40,419 bases of DNA from a virus (IMGVR_UViG_3300005077_000041:1-40419), one strand, 5' to 3'; shown: positions 8,402 to 18,105, counted from the first letter of the stretch. Translations and numbers: made by a program. The notes: generated from the letters alone by a model not told the origin.

Positions 8402-9366
8402 TATAACTCCAAAATTTCTCTAAACTCTTGTTCAGTCATTCGACTCTTTTTACTATTAGTTCGACGGCTACACACACAAAGATTGTCAATGTGTGCAATT
8501 TCTTCAGGTGGAATGTTGTTTTGAAATCCGTAAAAAACACTAATTTTGTGATCGATGGTTGGTTCAAGAGCCTTATTATGACACTTTATCATTTTTTCTC
8601 CGGTATAATAATCATACTCATTTTCTTCAATCAACTTCTTTGTGTTGTATCGGTTTCTTGTTATCCAATCCACTCGCACTCTATATTTCATATATCTTGT
8701 ACGGATTCTACCAACTAACCATTTACCACTCTGTTCATGTTTTTCTTTGATTTTTTCAACAACAAAAGGTATTTGAAAAACATTATCAACACCATACTTT
8801 TCTTGCAAACTTTTTACTCGATTCACATTTACCTGTTCTACATTTTCTTCAGTCCAAAAAGCACTACGTTTTTGATTGATTTCTTCTTTATTTTCTTGTA
8901 AAGTTTTTTGCCGAGATTTTACACATGTTTGCATTTGAAAATTGTGCTCAACACCATAACGCTCAATCATTGTCTGTTTTTTCTTATGAGCCCATTCCTC
9001 TGTTTGTGTATATCCATTAGCACCATAACGCTCTTGACACGTTTGATTAAACTTCTTTTTTATTTGTGTATAGTCGCGGGAAGCACACGATTCTTTAAGT
9101 TTCGTTACTTTCTCATCCGAAGCATTCCAACATTTTTGACTACAGTAAGGTTTATATCCAAATTTAATGATGTTGCGTTCTGGCTTTGAAGGACCATGAC
9201 AATGTTTACAAAAACCTTCACCTTCTTGTTTCATGTATATGTCATAATATTCTTTAGTGGTCATTCCTTTGTGGCGTTTTTTAAGGTGCCATTGAAATTG
9301 GTTACTTTTATATGTGGTTTGTTCTCCGCAAATTAAACATTTGATGGGTTCTTCAACATGATTCAT
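8401..9366 (-). CDS. Free-standing HNH homing endonuclease between the two terminase halves
   Basis: N-terminal C2H2 finger (CLIC...HLKKRH), CKHC...YCSQKC, three K..T..E[RK]YG repeats, C-terminal TIDHKIS...DNLCVCSRRTNSKK. ATGA and TAATG overlaps with both neighbours. Confidence 0.85.
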   Translation of the reverse strand: MNHVEEPIKCLICGEQTTYKSNQFQWHLKKRHKGMTTKEYYDIYMKQEGEGFCKHCHGPSKPERNIIKFGYKPYCSQKCWNASDEKVTKLKESCASRDYTQIKKKFNQTCQERYGANGYTQTEEWAHKKKQTMIERYGVEHNFQMQTCVKSRQKTLQENKEEINQKRSAFWTEENVEQVNVNRVKSLQEKYGVDNVFQIPFVVEKIKEKHEQSGKWLVGRIRTRYMKYRVRVDWITRNRYNTKKLIEENEYDYYTGEKMIKCHNKALEPTIDHKISVFYGFQNNIPPEEIAHIDNLCVCSRRTNSKKSRMTEQEFREILEL

Positions 9367-11621
9367 TTTTGTAGTTCCTTATAGAGTTGTTCGATGGTGA
9401 TGTTACGTTTTTCACCAGTTCTTTGATCTTCTATAAGTATATAGCTTTTATCCCCTTGTGCACATCCGTACTCTTGGTTCCATTCTATAATTCCCCCTTG
9501 TAAATTAGCTATTGTTTCTTGCTTGAAATTTTCATCTCTTCCTGGCACCTCCCACCAATTAATCTTGATAGGATAATAACCACTATCTCCTCGTGCGGCC
9601 TTTTGCCACATGCGATAGAAGTGATTCATACCATTTGGCGTCTGGGTCCCTATAACTTGATTATATAATACAGAATGACACCACTCATCTCCATCAATAT
9701 CCGGCAATGATAAATCAAAAACTTGGTTGTGAGAATTTTCAATCCTTGTTATAACACTCCACAATAAATCCTCACGGCACATTTCCAACACTTCTTGAAC
9801 TATAGGATGATCAATAACACTTAATTGTTCTCTAAACTTCTCAATAGTTTGTCTATTAAAATGATTGCTTTCATGGTAGTTGCCCTTAAAAATACCAGTT
9901 TGTTGCACTTGTTTATAATGATTTATGCTAACTTCTCGTAAACTCCTCAATTTCTTTTTAGAGAAGGGAATTATATCATTCTTATCACGTGAATACTTTT
10001 GGTTGACAAACTGTTCATTTAATTGTTTTCGTTTGAATCTAAATCCAACTTCCCTAAAAAACTTTTTAGCTTGTTGACCTGTTATTTGTAATCTATAGCT
10101 GTGTGAATGTACTTTGACTAACTTTGTCGGTTTCACATGAATATAATTGAAGGCACCATGTATTCCAAGATTCAATAAAAGAACTTTTATTTGTTTCAGC
10201 AAAGTATTACTTGATAAGTTTATGCCAACACGTCCCTCATACTTGCAACTATAGCCATCTCCATCAAATATTCCTTGTAATAACGCAATTATATTTCTCC
10301 GAGATAGCTGAAGAAGTCTATCTGGAATACATTTTTCTGGTGCCTTTTTTTGAAGATCAAATCCTACAAATTGTAACAATTGAATAAGATTTTTAGATGA
10401 TATTATATGTCTCAATCCATCCTTACAGTTATAAGATAAATTGAGCTTCTGTAGAAGTTCACAAACATCAGCAGTATCACCACAAGTAATATAAACTTGT
10501 CCTCCAATCAAATTTGATTGTTTGTTATAAATTGGTCTTGCACATCCTTCAGCAATAAATAATCCAAAAAAATAAGCCCAATCTTCAGTTATTCTTTCAA
10601 CATTTAAATTACGTGTGCTTTTTTTATTATTTGAGATAAAATTAATTTGATCATCATTACCCCATACATTTGTACCCGTTCGAATTGCAAAAAAATCACC
10701 TTTTTTTATATCTTTTGTTTCCCTAAGTTTATTTACCCCATCACGACAACAATACCATTTATGAATTAATGTGCTTTCAACATCCATAATAGTTGTAAAT
10801 ATACGACGAGTGTGTTGTTCACCATTATTAACAACTATATTTCCAACATGCGGATGTTTATAACCATAAACATTATATGGAATATTTTCATAAATGCCAG
10901 GTTGATCTGGTATGAATGAACCAATTGTTTGAGGTCCATTTTCAGTTAACAACAATGTATCTTTTGGCACACATGAAACTATAACAACCTTCGATTTCTT
11001 ACCACTTGAAATAGTAGGGTAAACAGAGCTAAAAAAATCAGAAGCAATATTATCAGGTACAAAAGCAAATTCATCCAACATCAATAATGAAATAGAATAT
11101 GAACGAATAGCATTTGAAGAGGTACTACTTGCAACAACACACATGCCATTTTCAAAGTTTACTTCACCTTTATTCCATCCACCTTCAACAACACCTTGTT
11201 GTAACCACAATGGTAATTGCATATAAGCTTCTTTAAATTCTTTCATTAATTTATGTGCTGTTTTTTCTTTGTTTGCAAGAATAGCGGCCGTTTTATCTTT
11301 ATTAAATAAAACAAAGTGTAGTAAAAGTATACGACACACAACTGATTTACCAATTTGTCGAGAGCTTAAAACAATACAATGTTGTTTATTTGGAATAGCA
11401 TCATTAGGTTTAGTGGGTGGATTAGCCATCGCTGCCAACATTTTCTTTTGATAGTCTCGTAAAGTAACAATGTGTTTTCCTTTATCAATTTCAACAATAA
11501 AGAAATATTTTTCTGCAAAATAGAAAATATCTTCAGCACAGTGAAGCCATTCTTTTTTCATTTCATCGGTATATTCAATTGTTTCTGATGCTGATCGAAG
11601 TAATGGATTATTTTGATACAT
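9363..11621 (-). CDS. gp17: Large terminase N-terminal fragment (ATPase) containing a cis intein and ending in split-intein IntN
   Basis: LRDYQKKM, Walker A SRQIGKS, Walker B LMLDEFAFV, YPTISSGK, motif III S|TPNG.NHFY, WWEVPGRD, QEYG|C. Confidence 0.95.
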   Translation of the reverse strand: MYQNNPLLRSASETIEYTDEMKKEWLHCAEDIFYFAEKYFFIVEIDKGKHIVTLRDYQKKMLAAMANPPTKPNDAIPNKQHCIVLSSRQIGKSVVCRILLLHFVLFNKDKTAAILANKEKTAHKLMKEFKEAYMQLPLWLQQGVVEGGWNKGEVNFENGMCVVASSTSSNAIRSYSISLLMLDEFAFVPDNIASDFFSSVYPTISSGKKSKVVIVSCVPKDTLLLTENGPQTIGSFIPDQPGIYENIPYNVYGYKHPHVGNIVVNNGEQHTRRIFTTIMDVESTLIHKWYCCRDGVNKLRETKDIKKGDFFAIRTGTNVWGNDDQINFISNNKKSTRNLNVERITEDWAYFFGLFIAEGCARPIYNKQSNLIGGQVYITCGDTADVCELLQKLNLSYNCKDGLRHIISSKNLIQLLQFVGFDLQKKAPEKCIPDRLLQLSRRNIIALLQGIFDGDGYSCKYEGRVGINLSSNTLLKQIKVLLLNLGIHGAFNYIHVKPTKLVKVHSHSYRLQITGQQAKKFFREVGFRFKRKQLNEQFVNQKYSRDKNDIIPFSKKKLRSLREVSINHYKQVQQTGIFKGNYHESNHFNRQTIEKFREQLSVIDHPIVQEVLEMCREDLLWSVITRIENSHNQVFDLSLPDIDGDEWCHSVLYNQVIGTQTPNGMNHFYRMWQKAARGDSGYYPIKINWWEVPGRDENFKQETIANLQGGIIEWNQEYGCAQGDKSYILIEDQRTGEKRNITIEQLYKELQK
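9366..9464 (-). mobile_element. IntN half (33 aa) of the atypically split intein
   Basis: CAQGDKSYILIEDQRTGEKRNITIEQLYKELQK*: Cys1, block A and an I.IE.LY motif, followed by a stop. Confidence 0.9.
9642..10973 (-). mobile_element. 444-aa cis intein with LAGLIDADG homing endonuclease and C-terminal Gln
   Basis: CVPKDTLLLTENG start, STLIHKW block B, YFFGLFIAEG and LLQGIFDGDG LAGLIDADG helices, VFDLSL block F, ends VIGTQ|T. Removal restores VVIVSTPNG. Confidence 0.93.
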
Positions 11622-11645
11622 TTAATCTCCAGTTGGTTTATAAAC

Positions 11646-12161
11646 TTAATTATAATCAGGTGGATCATCAACACTAACATTAAATGTAGGATCTATTCTA
11701 TCAATTTCTCTCTCACTACGAACTTTATCAAGCCAATCAAGTAAGTCTCTTCCATTCATTTCAACATTAATTTGTGTTTTAGACTTATTATTATCTGGAT
11801 CTTTAAAAATTTCAATATCAGCAATCATTTTATTTAATTCACGAAGTTCTTTAAGTTGAGCAGTGATAGAATTAGTTAATGCAGCAAAAACTTCATATTT
11901 TCTCGCTTCAGTTCCTATTTTAATATCTTGATCCAAACGAGTGAGCACACTCAATGTTGTTTGAATAAGACCTTTAATTTCCATCAATAAATATTCTTGA
12001 TCTTTTAGTACTAATTCACCTTTTCTTGTTGCTTGTTGAATTTCGAGTTTTCTATCTTCTATCGTTTGCAATTGTGTTTCTGCTGCACTTACACTTTGTT
12101 CAAATGTTGTTCCAAGCCTTTGACTTATTTTTTCAAACGATGGATTACTATTTCCACCCAT
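11646..12161 (-). CDS. Probable small terminase subunit (gp16-like)
   Basis: Directly upstream of gp17; helical; ARKYEVFA.L.....L.EL..LNK and INVEMNGRDLLDWL resemble gp16 (P/A-R.YEV...QNN) motifs. Confidence 0.7.
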   Translation of the reverse strand: MGGNSNPSFEKISQRLGTTFEQSVSAAETQLQTIEDRKLEIQQATRKGELVLKDQEYLLMEIKGLIQTTLSVLTRLDQDIKIGTEARKYEVFAALTNSITAQLKELRELNKMIADIEIFKDPDNNKSKTQINVEMNGRDLLDWLDKVRSEREIDRIDPTFNVSVDDPPDYN

Positions 12162-12175
12162 ATTAACTCCTTTGT

Positions 12176-12430
12176 TTACATGTCTTCAAGAGCCATGTTT
12201 AAATTATCTTGTGCATCTTGAATATTATCGTAAAGACCATCAATCTTTTTAACCAAATTTACGAACCATTTACCGACAACATCTTGAACATTTTTATTAT
12301 CACTTTTTGTCAACTGTTTTTTCATAGTGATAAGAAAATCCTTAGACATCTCTAATGCACCAATAGCATTTTCAATATCATGTTTTTCATTTTCTACTAT
12401 AAATTGTTTTAATCCTGTTTCTTTTGTCAT
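12176..12430 (-). CDS. Hypothetical protein (84 aa), possible head-internal protein
   Basis: Start reassigned to MTKETGLKQFIVENE at 12430, preceded by AGGAG and directly after the gp15 stop. Confidence 0.55.
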   Translation of the reverse strand: MTKETGLKQFIVENEKHDIENAIGALEMSKDFLITMKKQLTKSDNKNVQDVVGKWFVNLVKKIDGLYDNIQDAQDNLNMALEDM

Positions 12431-12431
12431 A

Positions 12432-13388
12432 TTAGCTATCTCCTGTAAGTGTTTTAGTTCTTGTCCAAAAAACATTTGTTTCATTATTATATCCACTAAC
12501 ATCCCACCCACTTGTAGGTATTGTATCTGTTGCAGAAAAACCTTCTGTAGTATACATTGATTGTACTACATTTAAAGGACCTGTTGCTGATAAATCATTT
12601 GAACCAGCACTTGTACTAATGTTTGCAATATATTGATATTGTTGTGTGAAGTACCGTGAATTAATACGTTGTACAAGTTTGCCAATTGTAACGGGTTTAT
12701 ATGTCCAACCTTCCACTCGTAAATCAATAGTGGCATTAATTGTTCGCATTTGTTCTTCGCCAAGTTCAGTTGGAAAATCAAAATTCACACTTTCGAGACT
12801 TACTGGCAAATCACGTTCTACGTTAAGGAAATTAAATTCCTTTACTCGTAAATAATTTTTAGGTGTAAAGTAAGGTAATATGTTTTGCAGTATTTGAGAT
12901 AAGTCTTCCATTGATTCTGTACGAATATTTAACATAAACTGATAATCATATGGTGCAGGTTCAAAATCTGTTTTAAGAGATTCTGCATCAGTTAGATTCA
13001 ATGCATCATCAAGCCAAAAACGCTCATCATTGAGAGATTTTGCACGATCTGGGGCAAACGTCATTCCTATCATGTTCATGCCCATTCGAGGCATCGTCAT
13101 ATAATAAATATAAAGAGGATCATTTTCAGCTTGTAATTTTTCTAAAACTGTATGTTGTGGTTTATCTACTAAACCAAACAAAAGTGGCACATGTATAACT
13201 TTACGAATATCCGCACTATAATTAGCTAACCATTCTTGTGTAGCACTGGTGGTTTGATATCTATCATAACTTCCAAGTGGATTATAAAAATCAGGATTAA
13301 TATAACGCTCTACATACATGTCATTAAACATGTCAAGTAATGCTACTGTTACTCCCCAAATTGTTCTTGGATTATAAAAATTTTTCAT
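12432..13388 (-). CDS. gp15: Tail terminator / sheath stabiliser (T4 gp15-like)
   Basis: FY...I......LDMFNDM.V.R, HVPL.FG, MPRM, PAPYDYQF.L.I.T...EDLSQILQNILPYFTP. Confidence 0.88.
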   Translation of the reverse strand: MKNFYNPRTIWGVTVALLDMFNDMYVERYINPDFYNPLGSYDRYQTTSATQEWLANYSADIRKVIHVPLLFGLVDKPQHTVLEKLQAENDPLYIYYMTMPRMGMNMIGMTFAPDRAKSLNDERFWLDDALNLTDAESLKTDFEPAPYDYQFMLNIRTESMEDLSQILQNILPYFTPKNYLRVKEFNFLNVERDLPVSLESVNFDFPTELGEEQMRTINATIDLRVEGWTYKPVTIGKLVQRINSRYFTQQYQYIANISTSAGSNDLSATGPLNVVQSMYTTEGFSATDTIPTSGWDVSGYNNETNVFWTRTKTLTGDS

Positions 13389-13406
13389 GAATTATCCTGT
13401 TACCTA

Positions 13407-13748
13407 TTAAATTAATTTAATTTCACGCATCACTTGTATTACTGCTGTAATTGGACATTTGTTGTTTCGTATAGTATTTCCAGGACCTTGAGCTTGATAT
13501 ATTTCTGTACCTATTTCATTAGACATTTTTCTAAGAATAACATTTGTTTTTTCACCGTCTATATAAATATAAAATATGTCTTTATCACTATGATCAACTT
13601 CAAAGGTTATACTATAATCATCTACTTCATAATATTTCATTTTTTTAAGTTCTACAACATTGAAATTATCCATCGAATGTTCACCAGAACGTAATGAAAA
13701 TTTTTGTGATTCTTTAAGATACTGTTCAATGTATTGGTTAATTGCCAT
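13407..13748 (-). CDS. Hypothetical protein, putative head-internal protein
   Basis: AGGAGG RBS; N-terminus MAINQYIEQYLKE|S. Confidence 0.65.
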   Translation of the reverse strand: MAINQYIEQYLKESQKFSLRSGEHSMDNFNVVELKKMKYYEVDDYSITFEVDHSDKDIFYIYIDGEKTNVILRKMSNEIGTEIYQAQGPGNTIRNNKCPITAVIQVMREIKLI

Positions 13749-13761
13749 GATTATTTCCTCC

Positions 13762-13769
13762 TATTTATA
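13762..13769 (-). promoter_or_regulatory. TATAAATA box upstream of 13748
   Basis: Exact intergenic match, but it abuts the SD so the spacing is unusually short. Confidence 0.4.
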
Positions 13770-13815
13770 ACACTCATTTTTTTGTTCTATACAAATATCG
13801 AGCACTTTTGTTTCC

Positions 13816-14646
13816 TCACCCAACCATAAAGTCAATTGGTTCACTTTGTCCACGAATCTCTAACATTGCTCGTTCTTCCTCTTCTTTACCTTCTTGAATA
13901 AGTCGCTCACCAGTAGCTGTTCCACCACCAGGCATTGTAATATTATATTTAGCTACATGTTCGCCCCATTGAATTTTTGTTCGAGCAACTGCAAGATTCT
14001 GCACAAGATCACAATTATAAAGATATAATTCATTTTCTTTTCTATAAAGTGCTAATATTCCCGTCATCTGTGATTTAGGAGTTGGCACAATGTGTAATTC
14101 TTCACGCCAAGGTAACCAATCTGTTACATATTGTGCACCAAACATTTCTTTTACAAGTTCAAGATATTGTGAAGCAATTGTCCAATCCGTAAGTTCTAAA
14201 CCAAATGATGGAACCCCTCCACCCATAGATGGAGAAGCACCTGGTCGAGGACCTGCGTATCCACCAAATCCCATACTACCTGCTTGAAATGCTGGATTAT
14301 TACCAAGTTCTTGTAAAAGAATGTGTGTGGGTGAAAAAAGTGAATTGATTCCATTAAAATTATCATTTAAACTAATACTTGGTATATCAAGAATATTAAG
14401 ACCACTAAGATTATATGAACTCACGCCAGCCGATGTCGTAAATATTGCATAATCAAGAAATGAACCCTCACCATAATTATATCGCCAAAAATCTTTAATT
14501 GCTTTATCAATAATAAGTTCAATTTGACGATTTGCAACTTCAATGTTGATAACTGGAGCACCTAATTGTGTTTTGATAAAATTGACAAAATTATAGTTAC
14601 CACTGTCTGGATTGTCAGCACTATTTTTACTGGTAATTGAAAACAT
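13816..14646 (-). CDS. gp13: Neck protein (T4 gp13-like)
   Basis: IKTQLGAPVINIEVA..QIE..I..AI, K.QWG....KY....PGG....GE.L.QEG.EE, ends PIDFMVG. Confidence 0.92.
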   Translation of the reverse strand: MFSITSKNSADNPDSGNYNFVNFIKTQLGAPVINIEVANRQIELIIDKAIKDFWRYNYGEGSFLDYAIFTTSAGVSSYNLSGLNILDIPSISLNDNFNGINSLFSPTHILLQELGNNPAFQAGSMGFGGYAGPRPGASPSMGGGVPSFGLELTDWTIASQYLELVKEMFGAQYVTDWLPWREELHIVPTPKSQMTGILALYRKENELYLYNCDLVQNLAVARTKIQWGEHVAKYNITMPGGGTATGERLIQEGKEEEERAMLEIRGQSEPIDFMVG

Positions 14647-14658
14647 ATTTCTCTCCGA

Positions 14659-15093
14659 TTATTTTTTTGATTTTGCTTGTTCTCGAATAGCCCTTGAAAT
14701 TTTTTTTCCGGCAAGTGGCTTTTTTTCTTTTTGTTTAGACGGAACTATTATATCTTTGATAGTATTTTTTGTAGAATCAATTTCTTCAATATCTAAAAGT
14801 TTGAGGTCAGATTCAGTTGATTCTTCAACATTTATTTCTTCTACTTCTATAGTATTTATAATTATTTCTGGCACACTTTCTTTTTTTAAATCTTCAACGG
14901 TTGTTTGTTTTTGATTATTTTCGTTTTTTGTTGGTTGTGGAATTATTTCATCACTTAGCTGTACTGGAGTTAAGTATCCTTTGTATTTGATAGCAACTTC
15001 ATACGGAAGTATATATGGTTTGCCGTCTGATGGAACAATCTTACGAAGTTCTGGTATTTGTAAATTTATCCCGCTTTTATTGATCACAACCAT
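14659..15093 (-). CDS. Hypothetical protein
   Basis: AAGGAG RBS; short N-terminal domain, acidic linker and basic tail. Confidence 0.6.
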   Translation of the reverse strand: MVVINKSGINLQIPELRKIVPSDGKPYILPYEVAIKYKGYLTPVQLSDEIIPQPTKNENNQKQTTVEDLKKESVPEIIINTIEVEEINVEESTESDLKLLDIEEIDSTKNTIKDIIVPSKQKEKKPLAGKKISRAIREQAKSKK

Positions 15094-15177
15094 ATACTTT
15101 ACTCCTTGATAATAAAAAGTTATAATTAAAATATTTCCCTATAAGTATATAGTATTAAACCATTTGATTACTACAAT

Positions 15178-15206
15178 AAAAAAGGGGTAGTTAACTACCC
15201 CTTTTT
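15178..15206 (-). terminator. Intrinsic terminator after the major capsid gene
   Basis: AAAAAGGGGTAG-TTAA-CTACCCCTTTTTT perfect inverted repeat about 25 nt after the gp23 stop. Confidence 0.88.
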
Positions 15207-15229
15207 AATATTTGTAACTAAATTACAGT

Positions 15230-16528
15230 TTAGCTAATGGTTTCACCTGCACCAGCGATGATTGAGTTCATGTTAGTGTAGTTGATGAGACGATAGTAAC
15301 GGCCTGCACCAAGCAACGAATCAGTGATTGCATAACGGCTCATTACTCCGATACGTGAAGCAAAGTTTTCCTGTGCAGTTGCACGATTCATAACACCCAT
15401 AATATATGGGCTATAAATAACACCAGCATCACTTGAACTTGGACCCTTATAACCAATAAGAGCGTAATCACTTGTTGCATATTGGTCAAGATAAACAGTG
15501 ATTCTGTTATTGAGTGTACCAATCATTGAAACGCCTGGCATTTGGTCAGCAACGTTAGTTGAAAGACCAGTAAAAGCTGGACGTGCAGCCTGGAGAGCAG
15601 TTGCTACAGCTGGTGAAACAACAGCAAAGTTACCTGCGCCGCGACGAGTCTTCCAGCTGATAACATTTGACTGGTGAACAATACTTGTAACAACAGATGC
15701 AATTTTTTCCTGACTCCAACGACCATCAACTGATGAAGTTGCCAAATTAAGAGTAGCAGCTGCATAACCACCTTTTGTGGTATCGACAGCAACTTGTTTC
15801 AATTTGTAAATCAATTCACGGTCAAGTTCTGCAATAACTTCATACTGAAGTATGTTTACAATTTCGCGATCAAGGTCAAGATTATGCATTGCACGAAGAT
15901 CTTGAGCTGATTCAATTGAAAAACTTGCTGCCAGTTTACGAGTTTTTGCTTCGATTGTTGTTTGATCGATATTTATCGTAAGTTGTGGCATACTGTTATT
16001 GCCGCATGCACTTGCACAGCCCTGAATTTCCCAACCTTCTGCACTACCAACTGCTGCTCCAACACCGGCATCAGCGGTTCCTGAACTACCCGAAGTAGAA
16101 CCGGTGTAACCACTATATGCTGGAACTTTATCCCACGCAGCTTCATGACCATTACCATCATTGTACAATACACGAAGAGCGTAAGCAAGACCAACTGGTG
16201 TAGCCATTGCCTGAACACCAACACACTTGTTAGCAAAAATAGCTGGAAAAGTACGACGAACAAGAGCTAAAGAAATTGATCTGAATTTATAAGCATCTGA
16301 GTTTGGTGTACCATCAATGCTACCACCAAGAGTGCTAAGGCCAGTACTGAATGTTGCTTCATTTAAAATATCTTGTCCAGTAAAATCTTTTGTTTCCTGG
16401 TTTTCCAAAAGCTGAGCAAGATTCTGACGAATTACATCATCTGAAATTTCTTTGATAGCAAGACTACCATATTCATCAGTATCGCTCCATTTTGTTACTA
16501 ATTCTTCAATAATTTGTTTCTTCATCAT
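15230..16528 (-). CDS. gp23: Major capsid protein (T4 gp23-like)
   Basis: AQLLENQ, LVRRTFP....CVGVQAM..PVGL.YALR, AKTRKL.A.FSIE.AQDLRAMH.LD, IAELDRE, GYKG....DAG..YSPY, SRY. Start set to ATG 16528 after AAAGGAGG. Probable maturation site ILNE|A. Confidence 0.97.
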   Translation of the reverse strand: MMKKQIIEELVTKWSDTDEYGSLAIKEISDDVIRQNLAQLLENQETKDFTGQDILNEATFSTGLSTLGGSIDGTPNSDAYKFRSISLALVRRTFPAIFANKCVGVQAMATPVGLAYALRVLYNDGNGHEAAWDKVPAYSGYTGSTSGSSGTADAGVGAAVGSAEGWEIQGCASACGNNSMPQLTINIDQTTIEAKTRKLAASFSIESAQDLRAMHNLDLDREIVNILQYEVIAELDRELIYKLKQVAVDTTKGGYAAATLNLATSSVDGRWSQEKIASVVTSIVHQSNVISWKTRRGAGNFAVVSPAVATALQAARPAFTGLSTNVADQMPGVSMIGTLNNRITVYLDQYATSDYALIGYKGPSSSDAGVIYSPYIMGVMNRATAQENFASRIGVMSRYAITDSLLGAGRYYRLINYTNMNSIIAGAGETIS

Positions 16529-16606
16529 ATATTGTATCCTCCTTTCTATTGACAAACTTGAATCAAGTTCGTCTTTACTTATGTTTTATACAGTTCCTAT
16601 AGTTAA

Positions 16607-17386
16607 TTACATAAAACGCTGAGCGGCCTTTGCTAATGATGGTTTATCATCTTTAATAACCGGTTTAATACGTGGGGTGATATCATTTTCTGGTGTAATT
16701 GTAACATCTTCAGTGATATTTTCACCACCTACTGACTTATTTTCTTCTTCAACAATAAGATTAATCATACTATCAATATCATTCTGTACTGTTATGAAAT
16801 CCTTACCTTCAAAATAAGTCTCTACACGATTTTTTTGATCCTCTTTAAGACCATCAACTTTTTCAGCAATCAAGCGAGATTTTGCAACAGATTCAAGAAG
16901 TTCTGCCTGTTCCATTTTCTCAGCTATGAGTTTTGAATTTTCAGTTTTAAGTTGTTCAATATTTTCTTGCATTGATTTCAAAATTAATGAACCTTCTGAA
17001 TCAAGCTCAACATGAGATTCTTCAAAAAGTTTTTTGATACCAGTAACAATTGGAAGAAGTGTTTCATTGATAGCAACCTTTTCAAGCATTTCATCAGAAA
17101 TATTCTGATTGATCTCTTCCTCGAGGAAAGAATCCAACTGACCAATAAGTCTATCTTCCATTTCTTCAAGAGCTTTTTGGTTATTTTCTTCAATTTTCGC
17201 CTTTTCTTCTGCCAATCTTTCATTAACATACTTTTCAGCCATCATATCAAGTTTTTTTGTACGCTCTTCAACAAGAATTGCTACACGTTTAGCAACTTCT
17301 TCTTCAACCATATTTTTTACATGATCATTAAGTTTCTGTAAATCTTCTTGTGAAAGAGCATCACTAATTTTTTCCATAATTGTCAT
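16607..17386 (-). CDS. gp22: Prohead core scaffold (T4 gp22-like)
   Basis: Acidic coiled coil with several [IL]xE sites, between protease and capsid genes; AAGGAGG RBS. Confidence 0.85.
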   Translation of the reverse strand: MTIMEKISDALSQEDLQKLNDHVKNMVEEEVAKRVAILVEERTKKLDMMAEKYVNERLAEEKAKIEENNQKALEEMEDRLIGQLDSFLEEEINQNISDEMLEKVAINETLLPIVTGIKKLFEESHVELDSEGSLILKSMQENIEQLKTENSKLIAEKMEQAELLESVAKSRLIAEKVDGLKEDQKNRVETYFEGKDFITVQNDIDSMINLIVEEENKSVGGENITEDVTITPENDITPRIKPVIKDDKPSLAKAAQRFM

Positions 17387-17422
17387 ATGTCGTCCTCCTT
17401 AATCTATTGGAACGTTTATAGT

Positions 17423-17430
17423 TATTTATA
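17423..17430 (-). promoter_or_regulatory. Late promoter box TATAAATA for gp22
   Basis: Exact intergenic match about 37 nt upstream of the ATG. Confidence 0.7.
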
Positions 17431-17441
17431 TTTTCACCGTA

Positions 17442-18092
17442 TTAAGAGTTCCAACCACTTCTAACATCATTAAGAAAATCAGTCAGTGCACAAAGTACTG
17501 CTGAAGAATTAGCTTTCTTAGCAACATTTTTTTGAAGTTGTTCGATAGCAACCTCAATAATTTGGTCGTTTTCTATGATGAATTCTTTATTTTCTAATAT
17601 ACCATCCACAAATGCATTTGGTGCTGATGGGTCAGCAACAATATCAATTGTGATCATTTTATAATCTTGATTTACACGTTCACCATCAAGTGAACCAACA
17701 CCACGAGTTGAAACTCCTAAAAGAATTCCCTCTTTAACAAGTGATTGAGCTATACGGCCAGTAGGAGTATCAAGTAATTTTGCTACACCAATACCATTAT
17801 TTCCTTCCATAACAAGTGATTCAATACGATGTGAAACTTCTTTGAGATTAACAGTTGGTGTTGGTGGATGATCAAGTTCACCTAAAGCACGATTCTTTTG
17901 AATTTTTTCTTCATTAAACATTCTAACTTCACGGGCTAAAATTTGTCCAGAATAAATACGACCATTTCTATTTTTAACTTCAGCTTGAAGAAATGGACCT
18001 TTAATACGATAAATTTTTGCATGAGATTCTTCGTTGCTTTCAATAAGCACTTCAAGGTTACTGAAATCAGTAAATTCTGTAAGTAACTTCAT
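17442..18092 (-). CDS. gp21: Prohead protease (T4 gp21-like)
   Basis: IKGPFLQAEVKNRNGRIY, ALGELDHP, VSHRI, LDTP.G, GVSTRGVGSL, DIVADPSAPNAFV. Start MKLLTE at 18092 after AAGGAG. Confidence 0.96.
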   Translation of the reverse strand: MKLLTEFTDFSNLEVLIESNEESHAKIYRIKGPFLQAEVKNRNGRIYSGQILAREVRMFNEEKIQKNRALGELDHPPTPTVNLKEVSHRIESLVMEGNNGIGVAKLLDTPTGRIAQSLVKEGILLGVSTRGVGSLDGERVNQDYKMITIDIVADPSAPNAFVDGILENKEFIIENDQIIEVAIEQLQKNVAKKANSSAVLCALTDFLNDVRSGWNS

Positions 18093-18105
18093 GTTAATTT
18101 TCTCC

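Noticed and set aside
8401-9366. Group I intron interrupting the terminase
   Set aside because: The HNH ORF overlaps both flanking ORFs, leaving no non-coding sequence for a ribozyme core; intein halves explain the break.
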